A DNA stretch of 64,000 nt from Sphingobacteriales bacterium (GTDB lineage Bacteria; Bacteroidota; Bacteroidia; Chitinophagales; Chitinophagaceae), in NCBI GenBank assembly GCA_024640465.1, contig JAHEEX010000001.1, positions 3,136 to 67,135 on the forward strand, given 5' to 3'. Positions within the stretch are counted from its first letter, which is position 1. The number at the start of each line of letters is the position of its first letter. Positions 8,671-19,660 of this stretch are shown here, piece by piece. A program made the translations under genes and the position numbers. The notes under the pieces were generated by a model, which was not told the origin of the DNA, searched no databases, and worked only from the letters and a program-made list of their open reading frames with translations.

Positions 8671-9951
8671 TTACTTCTTGACAAACTTGGAAACCATTTG
8701 CTCTCCGTTTCCATAATCGTAAATAAGATTGTAGATACCGGCTGGAAGCTTTTGAATATCCAGTATTGTTTGTGTTGTATTTTCTGCGATACGTGTGTTT
8801 TGCATCAAACGGCCTTCCATACTGATCACTTTAATCTGGGCACCTGAACTTGCTTGTGTATGCTGCACATAAACACGGTCGCTTGCGGGGTTCGGGAATA
8901 CTTTAACAAAGGAACCCGCCCTGTTATTGATGCTTATAATATAGCTGTAAGCATACTTACCGTCGATATCCACTGTTTTCAACCGATAGAAATTTACACC
9001 GGATAAAATGTTAACATCAGTGAAACTGTAACTGCTTGCACCCGTAGCCTCTACAAAACCTATGCGGGTAAAGTTTACACCATTACCACTTCTTTCAATT
9101 TCATATCCCTTCACATTGTCTTCTGTACCTACTTTCCAGTCAAGTTTTGATTTACTGCCATCTTTTATTGCTTTAAAGCTTTCAAGTGTTACCGGTAAAG
9201 TTCCATTGGCGTCAAACAGGATGTTATCAAATTCAGCAGATTGCCTGGTTGCAGCTGCTCCACAGGTAGCTTCGACACCCATATATGCTGTTCCGAGGGG
9301 AGCAATAGTTAAAGGTGCAGCATCGGTAGCACTTCCCTGAAGTGTATTCACAAAAAACGGTACTGCGAAAGGGAAATCTCCGCCACCAACAATTAATGTA
9401 TTTAGATCCGGACCGGTATACAAGGTCCAAACATTTGCCGCAGAACGAGTAACCCTGACCAGGAATCCATAATCATCAAGTCCATTTGGGACAGCGGAAC
9501 TTGAAGTAATTATGGTAGTGGCTGCTCCGGCATTTATTCTTTCCAACCTGATCTCATCCGGCCCTGCAGTGTTATCCAAAGTAATTCTATACCCATTAAT
9601 TGTCGGACTGGTCAAATCTGCCTGATCGGCCCACAACCAGAAATGTTGGTTGTTATTGGCACCAACAGAAGTTACCCTTCCCATCCAAAATCCCCAGGCC
9701 TGAAAATCACCCCAGTTACTTATTGGGGTGCTCAAATAAAAGGTTCCGGCTGTAGCGGCATTTAATTTTAAGGAATTACTTGGTATTGTATTTGGACCAG
9801 CAACAGCTGTGGCTATATTCCATGAACCAGAGGTTCCCGACCATGTATATGGTGGAGCAGTAAAATTACCATCGTCAAAAGATTCAAAAAAAGATTGCGC
9901 CTGACTACATAGGTTAAACCCTAATCCGAGAATTAGTAAAAATTTTTTCAT
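8671..9951 (-). CDS. T9SS type A sorting-domain secreted protein (beta-rich N-terminal domain)
   Basis: Signal peptide; TLPVTLESFKA motif; FYRLKTVDIDGK..YS; VFPNPA...LPAGIYNL...KFVKK C-terminal domain. Confidence 0.85.
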   Translation of the reverse strand: MKKFLLILGLGFNLCSQAQSFFESFDDGNFTAPPYTWSGTSGSWNIATAVAGPNTIPSNSLKLNAATAGTFYLSTPISNWGDFQAWGFWMGRVTSVGANNNQHFWLWADQADLTSPTINGYRITLDNTAGPDEIRLERINAGAATTIITSSSAVPNGLDDYGFLVRVTRSAANVWTLYTGPDLNTLIVGGGDFPFAVPFFVNTLQGSATDAAPLTIAPLGTAYMGVEATCGAAATRQSAEFDNILFDANGTLPVTLESFKAIKDGSKSKLDWKVGTEDNVKGYEIERSGNGVNFTRIGFVEATGASSYSFTDVNILSGVNFYRLKTVDIDGKYAYSYIISINNRAGSFVKVFPNPASDRVYVQHTQASSGAQIKVISMEGRLMQNTRIAENTTQTILDIQKLPAGIYNLIYDYGNGEQMVSKFVKK

Positions 9952-10081
9952 TTCCGTGTTTTTTAAAATGTCTTTTAGGGCACGGAGCTATTACAAGTGG
10001 ATTATGGTTTTAATGAGGATTGGACAGGAAGATTGAGTTGTAAAGCTAAGTTAATCTGGCTTTTCACACAAAAAAAAACGT

Positions 10082-12907
10082 TTAATTAATCGTTTTATCC
10101 AGGAAAATCCCGGTTTGATTATGTTTTTCCCGTGAAAGGTCAAGGGGCAAGCCGGAAAAGACAATTTCCCCGCCCTTGTCACCAGCCTCCGGTCCCAGGT
10201 CAATCACCCAGTCGGCACTTCGGATCACATCCAGGTTATGCTCTATAACGATCACGGAATGTCCCTGGTTAATCAGGGCATTAAATGAAGCCAGCAGTTT
10301 TTTAATATCATGAAAATGCAGTCCTGTAGTGGGTTCGTCAAAAATAAACAGGATATTCCCCTGACCCTTGCCTTTACCAAGGAAAGATGCCAACTTCACC
10401 CGCTGCGCCTCTCCCCCGGATAAGGTATCACTCGACTGGCCCAGCTTTACATAACCCAGGCCAACATCAGCCAAAGCCTTCAGTTTTTGGACGATTGTAT
10501 CCTCTTCTTTGAAAAAAGCAAGTGCATCATCCACGCTCAATTCGAGGATTTCATGGATATTCTTTTCTTTATAGCGTACCTCCAGCACTTCATCTTTGAA
10601 CCTTTTCCCCCCGCAAACTTCACAGGTAAGGTGTACATCAGCCAGAAACTGCATTTCCACCACCTGTTCTCCTTCCCCTTTACAGGTATCGCAGCGGCCA
10701 CCATCCACATTAAAGGAAAAATGCTTGGGTTGATAACCCCGTATTTTACTTAAAGCTTGTTTTGAAAAAAGATCCCTCACTTCATCCCATGCCTTAATAT
10801 AGGTAACCGGGTTGCTCCGGGATGATTTTCCAATGGGGTTCTGATCAACCATTTCCACCTGGCTGATCGATTCCACATCACCTGAAATTGATTTATGGAT
10901 ACCTACCTTATCTGCAAACTCCCCTTTCAATTTTTGTAGTGCGGGATATAGAACCTGTTTGATCAGTGTTGTTTTTCCACTTCCACTCACACCGCTGATC
11001 ACACAAAGTACCTGTAGCGGAAACTCGGCCCGGATATTTTTAAGGTTGTTCTGCCTGACCCCATCTACTACTATTGATTTTTTCCATTTCCTAATGGATG
11101 CCGGCGGATCAATTTTCAATTCACCCCGCAGATATTTTGCCGTCAGACTGCTTTTATGTTTGATCAGGGTTTCATAATTGCCGGCAGCTACCACTTCACC
11201 ACCCAGGTGACTGGCCAATGGACCCATGTCAATGATATGGTCTGCTTCACGCATCATCATTTCATCGTGCTCCACAACAACAACTGTATTTCCAAGGTCC
11301 CGAAGGTTTTTCAATACACGGATCAGCCGTTCAGTATCACGCGGGTGTAATCCTATGGATGGTTCATCTAATATATACAGAGAATTAGTGAGGTTGCTCC
11401 CCAGGCTCCGGGTCAATTGAATTCTCTGGCTTTCTCCTCCGCTCAGGCTATTGGCCAGTCGGTTGAGCGTCAGGTACCCAAGCCCAACATCCAACAAGGT
11501 CTTGATCCGCTGCCTAATCTCCAGCAGTATCCTTTTAGCAACCTGCTGATCATGAGGGGATAATTCCAGCGCGTCAAACCATCTGTCCAGGTCATTTACC
11601 TGCATCTCGCATAATTCGCCGATATGTTTTCCGCCAACCTGAACATAGAGGGCCTCCTTTCGTAAACGATAACCCATACACGAAGTGCATGTGGTACGGC
11701 CCCGGTATCTCGATAACAATACCCTGTACTGTACTTTGTATAAGTTCTGCTCTACTTCCTTAAAAAAAGCATCTATACCATCAACATGTTCATTGCCTTT
11801 CCACAAAACAGTATACTCCTCTTCCGTTAAGTCAATAATGGGCCTGTGTACCGGGAAATTGAATTTTTTGGCAGCCTTTATGAAAGCGTCTTTCCATTGG
11901 CCAAGCTTCTCCCCTTTCCAGGGGGCAACAGCACCTTCAAATAAACTCAGGCGTGGATCGGGGATAACCAAGGCAGAATCAATACCAAGGATCTGTGAGA
12001 AGCCTTCGCAAACCGGGCAAGCACCAAAAGGGTTGTTAAAAGAAAACAGGTTTGGTACAGGTTCTTCAAAACGTATACCATCCAGTTCAAACCGGTTGGA
12101 GAAATGCAACATGGAAGTTTCATTCCTTTCTATGAAAATTTCACCTTCTCCTTCATAAAAAGCTGTACTAACGGAGTCGGATATCCGATGCTTGTCATCT
12201 TCATCGAAATCTTTTACAACAAGCCGGTCGATAAGAATATATGTATCCCTCGACGGCTTCCACTTATCCAGTTCCAATAGTTCTTCTATGCGGGACAAAC
12301 CTTTCGCATGCATATCATACAAGCGCGAAAAACCTTTTTGCAGGAGAATGTTCAACTCTTCTTTTGCATCTCTTTTACCCTGGAACTGAAATGGAACAAG
12401 TATATAAACTTTATCACCTTTATCAAATCCTGCAATTGCATTCACCACATCATGTACATCATCTTTTTTTACCTGGCGTCCGGAAACAGGTGAAATGGTT
12501 TTACCCGTACGTGCAAACAACAGGCGCATATAATCATAAATTTCCGTCATGCTGCCTACTGTTGAACGTGGTGTTCTCGTAATAACTTTTTGTTCTATTG
12601 CAATAGCAGGACATAAACCGCGAATAAAATCAACATCAGGTTTATTCATACGCATCAGAAACTGTCGTGCATACGCACTTAAACTTTCTGCATACCTTCT
12701 TTGTCCTTCTGCATACAGTGTATCTATTGTTAATGAAGATTTTCCTGAACCGGAAACTCCCGTAACAACGATGAGATTATTACGTGGTATTTCTACGATA
12801 ACGTTACGTAGATTATGCACACGCGCACCATGAATGAGTATGTTGGAATTGTTTTCTACACTTTTAACTGATCGCTTCTGTTGCTTGCTGGATGCGGCTT
12901 TCGGCAT
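10082..12907 (-). CDS. uvrA: excinuclease ABC subunit A
   Basis: Two Walker A motifs ([18 protein letters not shown]), two LSGGE signatures, zinc-finger CxxC pairs, FSFN motifs. Start set at ATG 12907. Confidence 0.97.
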   Translation of the reverse strand: MPKAASSKQQKRSVKSVENNSNILIHGARVHNLRNVIVEIPRNNLIVVTGVSGSGKSSLTIDTLYAEGQRRYAESLSAYARQFLMRMNKPDVDFIRGLCPAIAIEQKVITRTPRSTVGSMTEIYDYMRLLFARTGKTISPVSGRQVKKDDVHDVVNAIAGFDKGDKVYILVPFQFQGKRDAKEELNILLQKGFSRLYDMHAKGLSRIEELLELDKWKPSRDTYILIDRLVVKDFDEDDKHRISDSVSTAFYEGEGEIFIERNETSMLHFSNRFELDGIRFEEPVPNLFSFNNPFGACPVCEGFSQILGIDSALVIPDPRLSLFEGAVAPWKGEKLGQWKDAFIKAAKKFNFPVHRPIIDLTEEEYTVLWKGNEHVDGIDAFFKEVEQNLYKVQYRVLLSRYRGRTTCTSCMGYRLRKEALYVQVGGKHIGELCEMQVNDLDRWFDALELSPHDQQVAKRILLEIRQRIKTLLDVGLGYLTLNRLANSLSGGESQRIQLTRSLGSNLTNSLYILDEPSIGLHPRDTERLIRVLKNLRDLGNTVVVVEHDEMMMREADHIIDMGPLASHLGGEVVAAGNYETLIKHKSSLTAKYLRGELKIDPPASIRKWKKSIVVDGVRQNNLKNIRAEFPLQVLCVISGVSGSGKTTLIKQVLYPALQKLKGEFADKVGIHKSISGDVESISQVEMVDQNPIGKSSRSNPVTYIKAWDEVRDLFSKQALSKIRGYQPKHFSFNVDGGRCDTCKGEGEQVVEMQFLADVHLTCEVCGGKRFKDEVLEVRYKEKNIHEILELSVDDALAFFKEEDTIVQKLKALADVGLGYVKLGQSSDTLSGGEAQRVKLASFLGKGKGQGNILFIFDEPTTGLHFHDIKKLLASFNALINQGHSVIVIEHNLDVIRSADWVIDLGPEAGDKGGEIVFSGLPLDLSREKHNQTGIFLDKTIN

Positions 12908-13199
12908 AATGTGGAAGATAAAATTTATTGTTAAAGTTACGGATGTTTGCAATGCGGTTTATACGTATCATTTATCTTTATTGTGCAGTATAAAAATCAT
13001 TCACCGAAAATTTCTGGTTGTTGGTCGAAAATTTTTTAACTAAAATTTGCATATTATAAAATATGTTCTATTTTAGTTGTTCCAATATCCAGAAGAACAA
13101 AAAGAAATTACTATTCCCGCCTATTGAATAGACTTCTACTTGTAAACTGGTTTATTGGAATATCCCAAAATCCCAAACCAATTAAAAACCGTAGAAGTT

Positions 13200-13781
13200 A
13201 TGCGATCCCTGACCAACCTAACCGACCAGCAATTGATTCATCTTTTCATGGATGGAGATTCCGAAGCCCTTGAGACATTAATCGTTCGTCACAAAGACAA
13301 AATTTACACATCCATTTTTCTGCTTGTTAAAGACAAGTATCTTGCAGAAGATATTTTCCAGGATGTATTCATCCGTGTTATCGACACCGTTCGTAGCGGC
13401 CGTTACACAGAAGAAGGAAAATTCCTCCCATGGGCAATGCGTATCGCCCATAACCTTTGCGTGGACCATTTCCGTAAAGTAAAAAGAACACCAACTATCC
13501 GCAACAGCGAAGATCGCGACATTTTTGAAGTACTTAACATCACTGAAGATGGTGTTGACCGTAAGATGATGCAGCGCCAGAGCCACGACAGGGTTCGCCA
13601 GATGCTTGACCTGCTTCCTTCAGATCAGCGCGAAGTGATCATCCTCCGTCATTATGCAGAAATGAGTTTTAAAGAAATCGCTTCAATGACAAACTGCAGC
13701 ATCAATACAGCCCTTGGCCGTATGCGCTATGGTCTGATAAACCTGCGTAAGATGATGACTGAAAAACAGATTGCACTATAA
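13200..13781 (+). CDS. ECF-type RNA polymerase sigma-70 factor
   Basis: AEDIFQDVF, FLPWAMRIAHNLCVDHFRK (region 2); LP.DQREVIILRHY...SFKEIA...SINTALGRMRY (region 4). Start at ATG 13200. Confidence 0.93.
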   Translation: MRSLTNLTDQQLIHLFMDGDSEALETLIVRHKDKIYTSIFLLVKDKYLAEDIFQDVFIRVIDTVRSGRYTEEGKFLPWAMRIAHNLCVDHFRKVKRTPTIRNSEDRDIFEVLNITEDGVDRKMMQRQSHDRVRQMLDLLPSDQREVIILRHYAEMSFKEIASMTNCSINTALGRMRYGLINLRKMMTEKQIAL

Positions 13782-13786
13782 ATACA

Positions 13787-13833
13787 ATTAACCGCTAAGG
13801 AGCTAGGCCAGGCTTAGCACCTTAGCGGTTAAT
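13787..13833. repeat. AACCGC(A/T)AAG-family palindrome overlapping the purQ 3' end
   Basis: attaaccgctaagg (13787-13800) / ccttagcggttaat (13820-13833), a perfect 14-bp inverted repeat. Confidence 0.85.
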
Positions 13834-14477
13834 GTTTTTAATATTTCCCGACCGTCAATATTACCAAGCAATGCATTACTTGCCCTCTCAGGGTGAGGCA
13901 TCATACCAAATACATTGCGCGATTCATTGCAGATACCGGCAATATTTCGGGTGGAGCCATTAGGATTGGCTGCATCAGTGATCAATCCGTTTTCATCGCA
14001 ATAACGATAGATCACCTGGTTGTTATTTTCCAATTTATCCAGTGTTGCCGCATCTGCATAATAACGCCCTTCTCCATGTGCAATGGGTATTTTTAATGCA
14101 CGACCTTCCTCCCCGGTAATATATACATTCTGGCAAATGAACTGCATATTCGCGTTTCTCAATAATACACCGGGTAAAAGGTGAGATTCACATAAAATCT
14201 GAAATCCATTACATACACCCAGTACTTTTCCTCCCTGGCCGGCAAACTGAATGACGGATTGCATCATTGGGCTGAAACGGGCAATTGCCCCGCAACGCAG
14301 GTAATCACCAAAGGAAAATCCACCCGGCAATACAATACAATCTTCAGTGGAGAATTTACTCAGGTCGCGATCCTTATGCCAAAGCGGGATCACTTCCTGG
14401 CCCAGGTCATCTCGCAGGGCATCCATCATATCTCTGTCGCAATTAGATCCCGGAAAAACAACCACACCAAATTTCAT
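13803..14477 (-). CDS. purQ: phosphoribosylformylglycinamidine synthase subunit PurQ
   Basis: [35 protein letters not shown] (catalytic Cys), [14 protein letters not shown]. Start at ATG 14477. Confidence 0.97.
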   Translation of the reverse strand: MKFGVVVFPGSNCDRDMMDALRDDLGQEVIPLWHKDRDLSKFSTEDCIVLPGGFSFGDYLRCGAIARFSPMMQSVIQFAGQGGKVLGVCNGFQILCESHLLPGVLLRNANMQFICQNVYITGEEGRALKIPIAHGEGRYYADAATLDKLENNNQVIYRYCDENGLITDAANPNGSTRNIAGICNESRNVFGMMPHPERASNALLGNIDGREILKTLTAKVLSLA

Positions 14478-14504
14478 GTGCTGAACTTTTTTATTGATTG
14501 ATGG

Positions 14505-14536
14505 CAAAGGTACATTCTTTGATTAAAGGAATCAAA
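14505..14536 (-). promoter_or_regulatory. Bacteroidota -33/-7 promoter for purQ
   Basis: Minus-strand TTTG (14536-14533), 20-nt spacer, TACCTTTG (14512-14505). Confidence 0.65.
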
Positions 14537-14557
14537 GCAGAAAATCAACATGGAACA

Positions 14558-15547
14558 TCACTGCCTGAGAACCGCGATATTCAGGGCAATGATAAAAATA
14601 ACCATTATCCAGTGCAGAATAAGTGGGAAGTTCCTTTTATTGGAATGAAAAAAAGTATAGGCATGGAATGCGGCAAAGGGTGGTGCACAAAGTATCCAGT
14701 ATTCAAATGTTGAGCTTGAATTAATAAATGGCACCAGCAGGGCAGTGAGCAGGTATAGCAACAGCAGGCTCCAGCTTTTTCTCACCTGGATGAGCATTTT
14801 AAGGATATTACCCTGAATATAAAAACCGCTGATCAGGAATGGAACGATCAACAGGATCATACCGCCCCAGGCCCAGATATTCTGCAGAAATGCCGGATAA
14901 CTCAGGCTTAAGGAAGGGATGAACCGCGCAGGGTCCCATTGCGATGTAAGGTATAAATACGCAAATAAAAAATAATAAGGGGTTGTAATCCCTAATAACC
15001 CAACCAGCCATTCGGCAAGGTTAAAAGGCCGCATGATGATCAGGGCAAAAATCATGAGTACCACTAAGGCAATGGAAGGAAAATAAAAAAAGGAGCAAAA
15101 GCCCAAAACCATGCCGATATTAAAAAGTACCAATTTTGCCCTGTTATTATTATATAGACCACTCATTCTGGCCCAAACCCATACAAGCAGTGAATTCACC
15201 AGTAATGTGGATGAAAACTGCCACCATTCAGGAAACAGGGAGGTTATCAACAAATATGCCATGGCAGGCAGGAAACTGGCTTTGGGGAGCAACTTGTGGT
15301 TGTTTACCAGGCTGTTCAGGGTCATGGCCTGGATAAAAATCAGCATATAAGCCAATATCGGGTAGATCACAGGGGTAATCTTCCCTATTCCAGACATTGT
15401 TCTTAACAGACCATGGTATAAAAAGCCATCTGTTTCCTGGGCAATGGGAATGTGGGGATCAATAAAAGAAGCAAAACGGAGAATAAGTCCGTAAAAAAAG
15501 AGAAAAATGATCCCAAAAGGGTTGTAATTCCTGAATATTCCTACCAC
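14558..15547 (-). CDS. conserved polytopic membrane protein (DUF6427-like)
   Basis: About 9-10 hydrophobic segments; F..Y.P N-terminus; E W..GLLG...PYYF motif. Confidence 0.7.
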   Translation of the reverse strand: MVGIFRNYNPFGIIFLFFYGLILRFASFIDPHIPIAQETDGFLYHGLLRTMSGIGKITPVIYPILAYMLIFIQAMTLNSLVNNHKLLPKASFLPAMAYLLITSLFPEWWQFSSTLLVNSLLVWVWARMSGLYNNNRAKLVLFNIGMVLGFCSFFYFPSIALVVLMIFALIIMRPFNLAEWLVGLLGITTPYYFLFAYLYLTSQWDPARFIPSLSLSYPAFLQNIWAWGGMILLIVPFLISGFYIQGNILKMLIQVRKSWSLLLLYLLTALLVPFINSSSTFEYWILCAPPFAAFHAYTFFHSNKRNFPLILHWIMVIFIIALNIAVLRQ

Positions 15548-15557
15548 ATAGGCATTT

Positions 15558-17087
15558 TTAGAAGTCTAATTTAGCAAAACAGATAAAGTTTCGGTTCATA
15601 CAAGGTAAAACAATCTCCCTTAGCCCAACCTGTTTTCCAAATCGCGGCATAAAAGTATAACCCTGATCCAGGCCTTTTAGTGTGGGATCCCTTTTCAAGG
15701 TTCCGGCTGCATTAACTGTTACACTGGTTAGTAAAAGTTCACGCCGCTCCAGCTGATTAAACAAAAAGCGTACCTCATTGCCAGTATTGAATATCTGATA
15801 AGACAGATTCATATCAGAATTATCATCAAACTGGCGTTTTTGGATGGTATTGCTCCATTGCAGGTTACCATCCTTCTTAAAGAAAAAGATCATGATATTC
15901 TCTGAAAAATGCCTGACCATGGTATTACCCCATCGGTTCATGGGATCACCTGATCGCCAGGGGTTTGTGTTGGAATAGGGCGAAAAATAGGAATAATCAG
16001 TTCCCCCAAATCCGCCATTCCCACCATACAAATAATCATACCGGTTCCAGCCGGAAGACCGGGAATTGGTATAATACAGCTCAGCTACAACAGCAAACCC
16101 ACCATCCTTTGTTGGGATCAGGTTTTTAATAAAATAATCATTGAACGCCATTTTGGGTGATGAATTATCTGAGCGGGCGTCCATGCGTAGCGTATCATTA
16201 AATTTAAACTTGTAAACGGCCTGCCGCTCCCCTGCCTCCTTATCCCAAATCAAGCTAATTAGTCCATCAATATTTGTTTTGTTTTGTTCGTAATAAAATG
16301 ATGTAATCAAAAAACGTTTATTAAAATTATCGGCCCTGATCTTCACTTCATCAAGCAAATAATTCTTAATCGGAATCTGGGTTATTTGCAAACTGTCTTC
16401 CTGGGCTTTCTTTATGATAAAATTGAATTTATTGATAAAATCCCTGCTGCCCGAATGGTTACTCCGGCCAAAGGCCAGGTCTCCATCATTATCAAGTACA
16501 AAATCATTAAAGACGCCTTCCTTTTCCCTAATAGCTTCTGTTATTACACTCTTTTTCTGGAGAACCAGGTTTTTATCATACAACAACGTTGTAAAGACAT
16601 AGTAGCGATCATTCTTTTGGTTGATTTTAAATAGCATGATCTTCTGTTTATCCTCACTTATGATCATCGTGTACACTTTTATGTCATCGCTACCTTCGAT
16701 GTGGGAAGTATCCAGCACTGCGGGATCTGATAATAGCTTTGCATCCCCGTTGAGTTTGACACTGGCGCAATAAATTACATTTTTACGCTGGTACTGATAT
16801 ATCATATGATAGTAGTCCTGATATGCTACAAAATCAACATTCGATATCCTGTCTGGCAGCATATCAAGTCTTACCTTACTTTTCAACTTCATTTCATTGT
16901 CGTAAACCGAAATGTCGTTCTTGCTTTTAAAATTCTTATATACATTGATGTTTCCACCCACTTTCCCGATGATCTCAAAATTCATCTGGCGGTAATCGTC
17001 TCTTTCAATTTCAGAATAGAATACCTTCTGGGCCTGGGCCTGGTTGGTAAAAATGATTAAGAGGGCAGCAAAATATAAGGTTTTCAT
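15558..17087 (-). CDS. exported conserved hypothetical protein
   Basis: Signal peptide (AQA/QK), 509-aa beta-rich ORF in an apparent operon with the membrane protein. Confidence 0.75.
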   Translation of the reverse strand: MKTLYFAALLIIFTNQAQAQKVFYSEIERDDYRQMNFEIIGKVGGNINVYKNFKSKNDISVYDNEMKLKSKVRLDMLPDRISNVDFVAYQDYYHMIYQYQRKNVIYCASVKLNGDAKLLSDPAVLDTSHIEGSDDIKVYTMIISEDKQKIMLFKINQKNDRYYVFTTLLYDKNLVLQKKSVITEAIREKEGVFNDFVLDNDGDLAFGRSNHSGSRDFINKFNFIIKKAQEDSLQITQIPIKNYLLDEVKIRADNFNKRFLITSFYYEQNKTNIDGLISLIWDKEAGERQAVYKFKFNDTLRMDARSDNSSPKMAFNDYFIKNLIPTKDGGFAVVAELYYTNSRSSGWNRYDYLYGGNGGFGGTDYSYFSPYSNTNPWRSGDPMNRWGNTMVRHFSENIMIFFFKKDGNLQWSNTIQKRQFDDNSDMNLSYQIFNTGNEVRFLFNQLERRELLLTSVTVNAAGTLKRDPTLKGLDQGYTFMPRFGKQVGLREIVLPCMNRNFICFAKLDF

Positions 17088-17227
17088 GTCAACGGTTTTC
17101 CTTTGATAAAATTACGTTTTGTGTAGCAAAAACAGGCTGAATGGTTATTTGAATAGCCCTGAACAGGTAATTTTAACTAAAATAACAAGAGATTCTGATA
17201 CATGTTATACAGAAATTGAAATTCCTA

Positions 17228-17235
17228 TACCTTTG
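17228..17235 (+). promoter_or_regulatory. -7 promoter box for kup
   Basis: TACCTTTG, about 40 nt before the GTG start. Confidence 0.55.
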
Positions 17236-17276
17236 ACGCCAATTAATTACTCCAAAACGTATAACCCGCTAATACT

Positions 17277-19298
17277 GTGTCAAAAAATCTGAATAAGGTA
17301 ACTGGTGCCGGTCTCCTGATTGCCTTAGGAATTATCTATGGAGATATTGGAACCTCACCACTCTATGTTTTCAGTGCGATCATTAATGGAAAAGTCATCA
17401 GTGAAGAATTAATTCTGGGCGGATTGTCTTGTATTATCTGGACACTTACATTACAAACTACGGTAAAATATGTTATCCTCACACTTCAGGCTGATAACCG
17501 GGGTGAAGGAGGGATTTTTTCGTTATACACCCTTGTCCGGCGTAGAAAAAAATGGCTGGTGGCCCCTGCTATGATTGGTGGTGCGGCTTTGCTTGCAGAT
17601 GGTATGATTACCCCGCCCATTTCAGTAGCTTCTGCAGTGGAAGGTTTGAAACAAATATCCCGTTTCGAAAATATCCAGGAAATGCAGATAGTATATATTG
17701 TCCTGGGCATTTTAGCTGTACTCTTTTTTGTTCAACAATTTGGCACAGCATCCATCGGAAAACTCTTTGGTCCCATCATGATGACTTGGTTTTCCATGCT
17801 GGCAATCCTCGGGCTCATTCATATATCAGACGACTTCAGTGTATTAAAAGCATTTAACCCGATTTATGCATTTAACCTGCTGGTGAAATATCCGGAAGGG
17901 TTTTGGATTCTCGGTGCTGTTTTCCTGTGTACTACGGGAGCTGAAGCTCTTTATTCAGATCTGGGGCATTGCGGAAAACATAATATCAGGGTTTCATGGA
18001 TTTTTGTAAAAACATCCCTGATCATCAATTACCTTGGACAAGGTGCATGGCTATTAACAAATTCGGGTAAAGTATACGCTAACAGCACACTGATTGTTGA
18101 TAAAGAATTTTTAAGTCAGTTTCCATCGGCATTGCCACTGGAGAACCCGTTCTATGCCGTAATGCCTGAATGGTTCAAAATTTTCGGAATAATCATTGCT
18201 ACCGCTGCCGCCATCATAGCAAGCCAGGCTTTAATCAGCGGATCATTCACTCTAATCAGTGAAGCTATGCGACTAAACCTTTGGCCCAGGTTCAAAATTA
18301 ATTACCCATCAGAAGAAAGGGGTCAGTTGTTCATTCCGGCTATTAATAACCTGCTATTTGTGGGCTGTTGCGGTATTGTTCTTTATTTCAGAAATTCAGG
18401 CAATATGGAAGGTGCTTATGGTTTGGCCATTACGCTATGCATGATTGCAACTTCTATCTTATTTGCCAATTATCTTGTTTTACACAGGGTTAATGCTGCA
18501 TGGATCTATTTATACCTTATTGTATATTTTGCCATCGAATTCAGTTTTCTAATTGCCAACCTGCTGGAAAAATTTCCCCATGGTGGTTATGTAACACTTT
18601 TTGTTGGTGGTTTTTTATTCCTCATCATGTATGTATGGTACCGTTCCCGCAAGATCAAAAACCGTTATGTGGAATTTGTTCGGTTGGATCATTACCTGCC
18701 TTTATTGCAGGAACTGAGTAACGATACCACCATCAATAAATATGCAACCCATCTTATTTATTTAAGCAGCGCCAATAATCCCAAGGAAATCGAACATAAG
18801 ATCATGCACTCGATCTTAAATAAAAAGCCAAAACGTGCAGATATTTATTGGTTTGTGCATGTAGATACACTTGACGATCCGTATACCTGCGAATATGAAG
18901 TACAAACAATCATTCCTAATGAAGTCATCCGTGTTGAGTTCCGGCTCGGATTCCGCATGGAACCCAAAATCAACCTGATGTTCCGTAAAGTAGTGGAAGA
19001 TATGGTGGCCAATAAAGAAGTAAATATCGTAAGTCGCTATGAAAGCCTGCAGCGCAATAATATCGTAGGCGACTTTGAATTTATTGTTATGGAGAAATTC
19101 CTAAGCCAGGATAATGAATTGCCATTCTGGGAAAGGGTTGTCATGAAACTGTATTTCTGGTTAAAAGAAATAGGCCTTTCAGAAGAACGTGGCTTTGGGC
19201 TGGATCCCAGTAATGTGAAAGTGGAAAAATTCCCGCTCATTGTTGCTCCTGTTACAAAACTCAATCTTAAAAGGATAAGCCCGGAGGAGGAAGAATAA
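17277..19298 (+). CDS. kup: KUP/HAK/KT potassium transporter
   Basis: GIIYGDIGTSPLY, ADNRGEGG, DGMITPPISV, TGAEALYSDLGH, ASQALISGSF. Confidence 0.96.
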   Translation: MSKNLNKVTGAGLLIALGIIYGDIGTSPLYVFSAIINGKVISEELILGGLSCIIWTLTLQTTVKYVILTLQADNRGEGGIFSLYTLVRRRKKWLVAPAMIGGAALLADGMITPPISVASAVEGLKQISRFENIQEMQIVYIVLGILAVLFFVQQFGTASIGKLFGPIMMTWFSMLAILGLIHISDDFSVLKAFNPIYAFNLLVKYPEGFWILGAVFLCTTGAEALYSDLGHCGKHNIRVSWIFVKTSLIINYLGQGAWLLTNSGKVYANSTLIVDKEFLSQFPSALPLENPFYAVMPEWFKIFGIIIATAAAIIASQALISGSFTLISEAMRLNLWPRFKINYPSEERGQLFIPAINNLLFVGCCGIVLYFRNSGNMEGAYGLAITLCMIATSILFANYLVLHRVNAAWIYLYLIVYFAIEFSFLIANLLEKFPHGGYVTLFVGGFLFLIMYVWYRSRKIKNRYVEFVRLDHYLPLLQELSNDTTINKYATHLIYLSSANNPKEIEHKIMHSILNKKPKRADIYWFVHVDTLDDPYTCEYEVQTIIPNEVIRVEFRLGFRMEPKINLMFRKVVEDMVANKEVNIVSRYESLQRNNIVGDFEFIVMEKFLSQDNELPFWERVVMKLYFWLKEIGLSEERGFGLDPSNVKVEKFPLIVAPVTKLNLKRISPEEEE

Positions 19299-19299
19299 T

Positions 19300-19600
19300 T
19301 GAAAATCGAAAAGGGAAAATCGAAAATCGAAAATAACAGCCGGTACAACTTTGCAGAAGGAAAGAATTTCAATAAGATGGCCTGCATTCATTGAAATAAA
19401 CAACCCTTGATTTGCTTTCTTTTGATATCAATCAAATCCCATGGGGAAAAGCGAAAATCTAAAATAACAGCCGGTACAACTTTGCAGAAGGAAAGAATTT
19501 CAATGAAATGCTCTGCATTCATTGAAACAAACAACGCTTGATTTGCTTTCTTTCGATATCAATCAAATCCCATGGGAAAATCGAAAATAAAAGCCAGTAC
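19300..19600. repeat. heptamer array plus ~131-bp tandem duplication (2.2 copies)
   Basis: aataacagccggtacaactttgcagaagg... at 19332 and 19463, with a partial third copy at 19586; each copy is preceded by GAAAATC units. Confidence 0.9.
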
Positions 19601-19660
19601 TAATATCCGGCTAAGGAGAATTAACTCGAAATAATATATATTCATTAAAAGAATACTCCT

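Noticed and set aside
19300-19600. Possible CRISPR mini-array
   Set aside because: The whole unit is duplicated; there is no repeat-spacer alternation.
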